A model generated the notes under the pieces. It was given only the letters and a program-made list of their open reading frames with translations, did no database searches and was not told the DNA's origin. Shown here in pieces: positions 57,578 to 64,000 of a stretch of 64,000 nucleotides of DNA. The stretch is from Dimorphilus gyrociliatus (Eukaryota > Animalia > Annelida): contig CAJFCJ010000002.1 of the NCBI GenBank assembly GCA_904063045.1, positions 2,909,891-2,973,890 of the forward strand, in the 5' to 3' direction. The position numbers were made by a program, and so were the translations under genes. Numbering within the stretch: position 1 is the stretch's first letter; the number at the start of each line of letters is the position of its first letter.

Positions 57578-57843
57578 GAGAGAGAGAGAGAGAGGGGGAG
57601 GGAGAGAGACAGAGATTGACAGAGACAGAGAGAAAGAAAGAAAGTAGGCAAGGAAAGAAAAGCAGGAATATATATATATATATATATATATATTTCCTCC
57701 TATATTGTATGAAAAGGTTTTATATATTCTATTCAATGTCAATTTTTTTACTACGTACTTCTTCGTATTTAAGTATTGAACAGCTTGCTATATTGCAAAT
57801 TAACTACATACAGTCTATAAATATATATATATATATATATATA
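57578..57843. repeat. Cluster of (GA)n and (AT)n microsatellites
   Basis: Read directly from the sequence. Confidence 0.9.
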
Positions 57844-59745
57844 TGTAGAATAATGAAAATACAGTTAGAAATTGGAAAAAGTGAAAACCAATCAAAATCT
57901 TTATATTGTGTTTTTTTAAAAGATATTCAATCTTATTAAGATTCTACTCTTTCCTATTATTCAAGTGTTATCTTACAATCTTTTACCCTTAAATTGCCGT
58001 TGATATAGTAATACGAGTGTCATTCTTATTAGTTAAATGACATCATTAATTAGATCTGATATAATTAGAAAACAAATTGTAACTTTGAAAATAAAACAAG
58101 AAGGATAACGAAAAGAACAAATAGAATATAAACGTGAAAGCATTTTATCTTTATAGATTTAAGACTGACGGAGCGAATGATGCGTCTTAATTTATAATTA
58201 ATGACAATAATCTATTATCATTAATTAAAGAATACTTGGCTCGTGTCGTTTATTTATAAAGGATACATTATATTTGTAAGACAGTGTCAAAATATAAAAG
58301 GATGAGGAAAGGCACTTCAACTTCATCTTCCTTTACATATTCTATTTTTATCCAATTATCTAATCGTATTGAAAAAGAGTGTGTTTTTTACGTAACCCAC
58401 TTGAAAATACTCGACACTATAACATCAAGTAAAAATCGAAGTCGGTCGAGTTGGTTTTAATTAAAATCTGAACATCGGGCATAGCGTGATCTTGGACGTA
58501 CGTTGCCGTATTATACATATATATATATATATATACATGCGAAATGCATAATCCACAAAGAAAAATATTTACGTTTCTTTCGTTCCAGGTGCGTTAAACG
58601 AGTAAATGATTAGTTTGAAATCACGTGACCGACTTTTTTCTAGATAACGACTTGATGTAAAGTTGTAAAATAATAAGAATATGTATTAAAAGAAAAATAA
58701 CTTCCTAACTTAGATCATCCGTATAAATAGCCTATATAGTAAGATTTATTACCTTTAACACTAATACGTTTATAATAAGAAGTAGTATTTTATAAATTAT
58801 TAACTAATTAGTAATTAGTAATTAATTGATCAATTTCTATAAATTTTATTAATTTTCTCCTCAATCTCTCTATCGCAGCATCGTTCTTCTTTCTCCCTTT
58901 GAAAAAAAAATGATCGTTATAAGGGAAAGAATAAAAGGTAGCCTGATGCGTAAAATAATTTTAAATACAGAACACGCGACTCCTATAAGCGATCAGAGTT
59001 ATTGTTAGTCGATATATCGCTCTTGACGTTGGCAGGTTTTTAATATGTTGTCAATTGTTCTTTATTATATTGTTTTCTTCATATTTTTCGCCTAGTGACA
59101 CGTTTAATGCTCTAATTTACCATCGGTTGCTGTCTAAAATATTCCAGTTGTTTTTTTATTTACTATTTTATTACGACACCTTAATTACATATAAAATGAA
59201 GGCAACGCCACCTCTTTTCCCCCATCATTCCCCTCCCCCACCTTTCCTCTCCCCTCTATACATTCCCTTCAGAGATTGCCCTATTCCAGATTCCAATTAA
59301 CATTTAAAATATAATAATTCATAAGCCAACATAAAAAATTTTGAAAATTAAAAATGGCGTCGTTCAGTTAAGAAAAAGAAATAATCGGTAAATTTATAGG
59401 CTTTTTTTTGTTACCAGCAAGGTAAAAATTTATTTTTGCAATAAAAAATATCAATAATTTAAGAGAAATAAAGCGACTTGTACATTTAAACATTGATTTT
59501 ATATATATGCATATAATAAACAGAATTACCATAACCGAGTTTTAAGTTAAACATTTAAAAAAAATACTTGTTACGTATACGTATATACGGCAAGATACTA
59601 GGCCTATACAATTGATTAAGTAGGAATGCAGCAGAAAAAAATTGTTCACTGAATAATTCAAACAAATAGATTCATTGCATAGAAACAAAGAGACAAAATT
59701 TAAATGTTTTAATTAATTTCATTAACAAGACATTTTAAGTCATTT

Positions 59746-60099
59746 TTATTTTACGTATGCTTTTTCAAGTATTTTCCTTTGGGCGCTTGATAGAACGACA
59801 TTCTCAGCGTCCTGGCCATCGATAACAGCCGTCATGAATGCTATGTAGGTTATAGCCAGTCGAAGGGTTTCAATTCTTGATAAACGTTTCTCGTAGGCGA
59901 AAGTAGGAACACGTTTTCTCAAAGTGTCAAAAGCTTCGTTGAGATTAAACATTCTCCGTCTTTCCCTGATATTAGCTGCTCTTCTCTGAGCTTGAGTAGG
60001 CACTCTCTTTCTCTTCTTTTCGGGTCCGAAATTCTGAGTGGGATAGTAATTTTGCCATGGTTCACACTGCCAGTATACATCAGGATATCTTTCATTCAT
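59746..60099 (-). CDS. FERD3L: bHLH transcription factor Fer3/FERD3L (Nato3)-like, single exon
   Basis: [50 protein letters not shown], the Fer3-subfamily bHLH signature ([27 protein letters not shown]). Confidence 0.92.
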   Translation of the reverse strand: MNERYPDVYWQCEPWQNYYPTQNFGPEKKRKRVPTQAQRRAANIRERRRMFNLNEAFDTLRKRVPTFAYEKRLSRIETLRLAITYIAFMTAVIDGQDAENVVLSSAQRKILEKAYVK

Positions 60100-60294
60100 A
60101 TTTCCTTATTAATGATTTTGGTTTTTCAATTGGAAGAAAAGTGTTCAAATTTCTCAATTTGGCGTTAAATATACGTATAAATATTTACAGATAAATATAG
60201 ATATAAGTATATCGGTATATAACTTATTAAATTCGGTAGGTTTTCTATAAATAATGATAATTATTTCCCTCCTTCCAGGATAGAATACAGCGGG

Positions 60295-60331
60295 AAATGA
60301 CGTGAACTTTTCGCGGACGGCCGACTTTATA
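60295..60331 (-). promoter_or_regulatory. Putative TATA box + initiator of the Fer3-like gene
   Basis: Minus-strand TATAAAG (60331-60325) about 30 nt upstream of TCATTT (60300-60295), ~200 nt above the ATG. Confidence 0.5.
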
Positions 60332-61803
60332 AGATGTGCAGTCTTTTGTCATTTTAATCCATTCACCGACTGCCGCCAATAAGAGCGTTTACATTTGCGA
60401 CCGGTCGGCAGCTGCCGGTTTTTATCGAAATACGAACATTTTCTGGTCATTTTCTTTATTATTGTTTATTTGCGCACGTGCTAGAAGAAATACTATAGAA
60501 CGGAATGGTTTTTTCGCCCTTCTAAGTTTGCATAGGGAGCTTGGAACTTTTAATTCTTTAAATTTAATATTCTTTTATAACATTTAAGCATTATATAATT
60601 ATTCTTTCTGCAAACAAACAAATATAAGAAGAGAATAATTTTCCTTGTTCGCTTTATACCCGAAAATTTCTATTCCGTTGATTGTCCAATTAACTCGTTC
60701 AAATGTTTGAATCTACAAGCATATAATAGAATATAATAAAAAATCTTCTGTGTAGTGAGAGAACACTGCGCGGACTATGAATTGATTTTTTTTTTTTAAA
60801 CACGCAAAACATTTTATCTATGCTTTACCGATTTTGTAAGAAATAAATTACCTATCAATTGAATTGACCCAATTCTGGACTAACTGTAAAAGAAACTTGA
60901 TTTTTATAATGTGAATATCTCAACTTTAAGGATATTCCCATCGGCAGATAAAAATGCCGCTGGCAAGATACAAATATATTCAAGATTTTCTTTCACCGCC
61001 TACGCCATCTATAAATTCTCTTATTTTATGGTTTTTAATGGCTATAATAAATCAATATACAAAGTTTTATTCTTATTCTCTATCTGTTGTTACGCAACTG
61101 TGATGTTAAGATGAATGTAGGTTACTCACACTAAAATTCATTAATTAGAGTTGAGTCATTACATTCTTTCTTGGAAAATCCACATCTCATTATAAGATGG
61201 TCGAAAGTAATTGTTTTTCAGAAGATGAACGTTCGTATCAGTGTTTAGGAACTGCTGCCATTGTTAAATAAATGAGTGTACTTTTAGTCCTAATGAAAAT
61301 TCTATTGGGCATTTGGCAGTGATAAATAAAAACCTAATCGTTTGCGTATCTCTGTATAATTGCTGCGAAAGTTTAATATTTCAAAGGCTAGTATCTCGTT
61401 CTGATGGGTGCATGTCTGAGTGTGTAGCTGTATGCGTGGGTCTATAAAATGTTAAAGAGTATAAAACTTTTCATGTATTCTTGAATCCTGTGGCACCAGC
61501 TAAAAAAAGTAGCACTCATACATGCTATCATATTATCTATAAATCGTCAGAACAAAACAGTAAAAACTGGAGAAACTTTTTCTCAAAAATAAACGAACAA
61601 TATACATCTTCATTTACTATTTCGAGTAATAACGAGATGACCCTTTAGTTCATTCGCAAACGAAAACAAATATCAAAGTCTCTCTCAGTCAGAGATTATA
61701 TTAATTTAAAAATGTCAATTTTTAACTATATATATATTTATATATATATATGAGCCGGGAACCACGGAGAAGAAAAGCAAGTAAAGGAGTTTCGTTCTGC
61801 TTC

Positions 61804-63938
61804 TTATTGAACTCTAACGGGAAGAGCAGGGAAGTCGTCCTCATTTCTGACATTAGGTGCCCTTACTTTTTTGCCTGGACCACCTCGTCCGCCACTTCCA
61901 AAAGATCTTCCCGGTCTTCCGCCTGCTCCCGATCCTGCTCCGACTTCTCTTCTACCACGGTCACCTGGTCCTCTACCTCGTCCTCTGCCTCCACGTCTAT
62001 CATCCCGGTACGTAATTTCAATATTTAGTGTTTTCTTTTTCTTTCCTTCCTCTTCCTAAAATAAAAACATTGGCATGGTAAATAAAAGGTATATAGAAAT
62101 TATCGAATAGTAGGATTAGCGCTAAATGACTCATAAAAGTTCTTATAACTTCAAAAAAGCGCCATCTGAACGCAGAAATATTAAGTATTTTACGAAGATC
62201 AGATCACATGTGCCAGAACATTCTTTAGATTTTCTGACCGGACGACCTTCAGGTAGAAAATTTGCTATCGATAAGATATACTGGCCTCATCGTAATCTTC
62301 ATCGTCCTCGTCGTCTTCTTCGCCATCCTTTTTGTCGTCTTTCTTCTTCGCTAATTGAAATGTATCTTTCCATTGTCTTTCGTCAACACCTTCGCCAGCC
62401 TTGCGGATGTTGAAGTCCTTTTTCGGTTGTTTGTCCTTTTGCATTTTCCTATATTCGTCCAGTGTCATTTGTTTAACTTCAGGTTCAGTCGGTACCGATT
62501 CGTCTTTGATTTCTTCCTTCGAGACATTTGGGTCCTGATTTTCGGGTTCATCGGTTGAAGTATTCATTTCCTGTTTCTCTTCTGTTAAAGATGCATCGAT
62601 TTGATCATTTGTACTTCCCCAGTTGGCTCGTCCACCGCCTTGTTTCTTGTCCTGATGTTTAATACCGGTCTTGTCTGATCCAGAATGTCGGTCAAAAACC
62701 CGCTTTCCTTCTCTTCCAGCAAAAGTACCTCTGGTACCTCTGCCTCTTCCTCTTGCAGGTCGAGACTTATTTTCGTGATCGTTAGCTTGTTTTTCGCCAA
62801 ATACTTCAAATTTTCCGCCAAATCCATCGTCCTTGTTTCTTACAGGACCGCCTCCTCGTCTTGGCCGATTTGCCATGTCTGTTCCACGTGTTTTTCCCGC
62901 TGAAAATTTATTCTCTTTTGGAGAACGATTCTCACGAGAAATCTTTTCGTTTTCATCTCTGGCCTTCTTCGGACGATTTTCGTCACGATTTGCCAATTCT
63001 TTTTCTAGAATAAGAAAGATTATTAATTTATGTCTTATCCAGAAATATTTGTATGATTTGGATGTTAATCTCAAATATCTAACTATGTGTATTCATATGA
63101 AACATGCGTTCCTTCCCAAACTATTGAAAGTTTCGCGAAGCAACATTTGTTGACCAGTATACAGAGAACCCAGCATTGTTATAACTTTTCTATTACACGT
63201 AATTTAAGCTTTATATTGTGTTCTGAAATGTACCATTAACCATTTATCGATCTATAAAGCAGAATGGATGGAAAATGCTAATTAACTTAATACTCGTCTG
63301 TAATAAATTAAAGTTGGCAGATAAAGCGCTATCTCTATTCAAAGACATACGCTTTTGAGCACGTGTAGAGTCGTGCGTAAATTATGTTCTTAACTTAGGA
63401 GTTTTATTGTAATGCCTTTTCGTGCATGTTTTCAAGCCAAAAGTTTTCTAAGATAGACACTGGCTGATTAATATATATTCATATTGAACCAAGTAGAAAA
63501 CACGTGAAACGTGAAATTAAGCTCTAGTGGTGAATTTTCGAAAAGATGTTTATATAAACGATTGTCTTTGTTCAACACATGCTATTTCTTTAAGAAAATG
63601 TGTTAAGAAGCCGAATTTGAGGACACGAGGCACTCCTCGCCTTACCGCCAAAATTGTCACATGGCAACGAAATGAACACGTGAATTTTTATAATTACCCG
63701 AAGTTTTCTCTTTTCTTTCTTCGCCTGTCTTGTTCTTTTGATTAGTAGTTACCTCTGTCGATTTTTTGGCCGTCTTTGGCCTCTCGACTTTGGTATTAGT
63801 CTTCGGAACCTTTTTTGCCTCCTTCTCTGCTTTATTTTTACATTCTACTTGTTTTAGTAGCTCGCTTGGATCCGCCTCCTCATTATCCTCAAACGACGCG
63901 TACCTATTGTTAATTTGCACGCCGTATATGCTGTTCAT
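61804..63938 (-). CDS. SERBP1: SERPINE1 mRNA-binding protein 1 / HABP4 family (3 coding exons)
   Basis: MNSIYGVQINNRY; GKRVFDRHSGSDKTG; KKQGGGRANWGS; KQMTLDEY; FNIRKAGEG; RGG tail; APNVRNEDDFPAL; stop at 61804-61806. Confidence 0.93.
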
Positions 63939-64000
63939 GTTAATGAAATTACTAGATATCCATGGATATCAACTGACTCTACAAAATGCAATCAAACCGT

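Noticed and set aside
1-64000. Prokaryotic defence system, CRISPR array, operon, rRNA or tRNA
   Set aside because: The genes are spliceosomal-intron-containing animal genes; no repeat-spacer array and no tRNA or rRNA signature was seen.

Overview
AT-rich eukaryotic (animal) genomic DNA with a gene-dense, short-intron (mostly ~50-60 nt) layout. This suggests a compact invertebrate genome such as a miniaturised annelid (inference only). Left to right: an SLC22-type transporter; N-acetylglucosamine-6-sulfatase (GNS); a rearranged tandem duplication with two intronless 3xBIR-RING IAP genes, RING remnants, a truncated NeSL/R2-type non-LTR retrotransposon and a GNS 3' fragment; an inverted dynein pseudo-fragment; axonemal dynein DNAH6 (minus strand, ~16 kb); RPL37; CHTOP; DMTF1; tropomodulin; then a ~20-kb block of genes with intronless coding sequence (three Ulp1/C48-like proteases interleaved with two orphan peptide-type GPCRs, followed by seven members of a divergent RING/coiled-coil/beta-rich family); Fer3/FERD3L; and SERBP1. 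Two observations stand out. (1) DNAH6 contains a tandemly duplicated, apparently mutually exclusive exon pair in AAA3, plus several in-frame micro/cassette exons hidden in its longer introns. (2) The RING array contains full-length, RING+propeller, RING+coiled-coil-only and propeller-only members next to ubiquitin-like proteases, which looks like a lineage-specific ubiquitin writer/eraser locus. No CRISPR array, rRNA or tRNA was found. All splice models are read from sequence motifs, not from transcripts.
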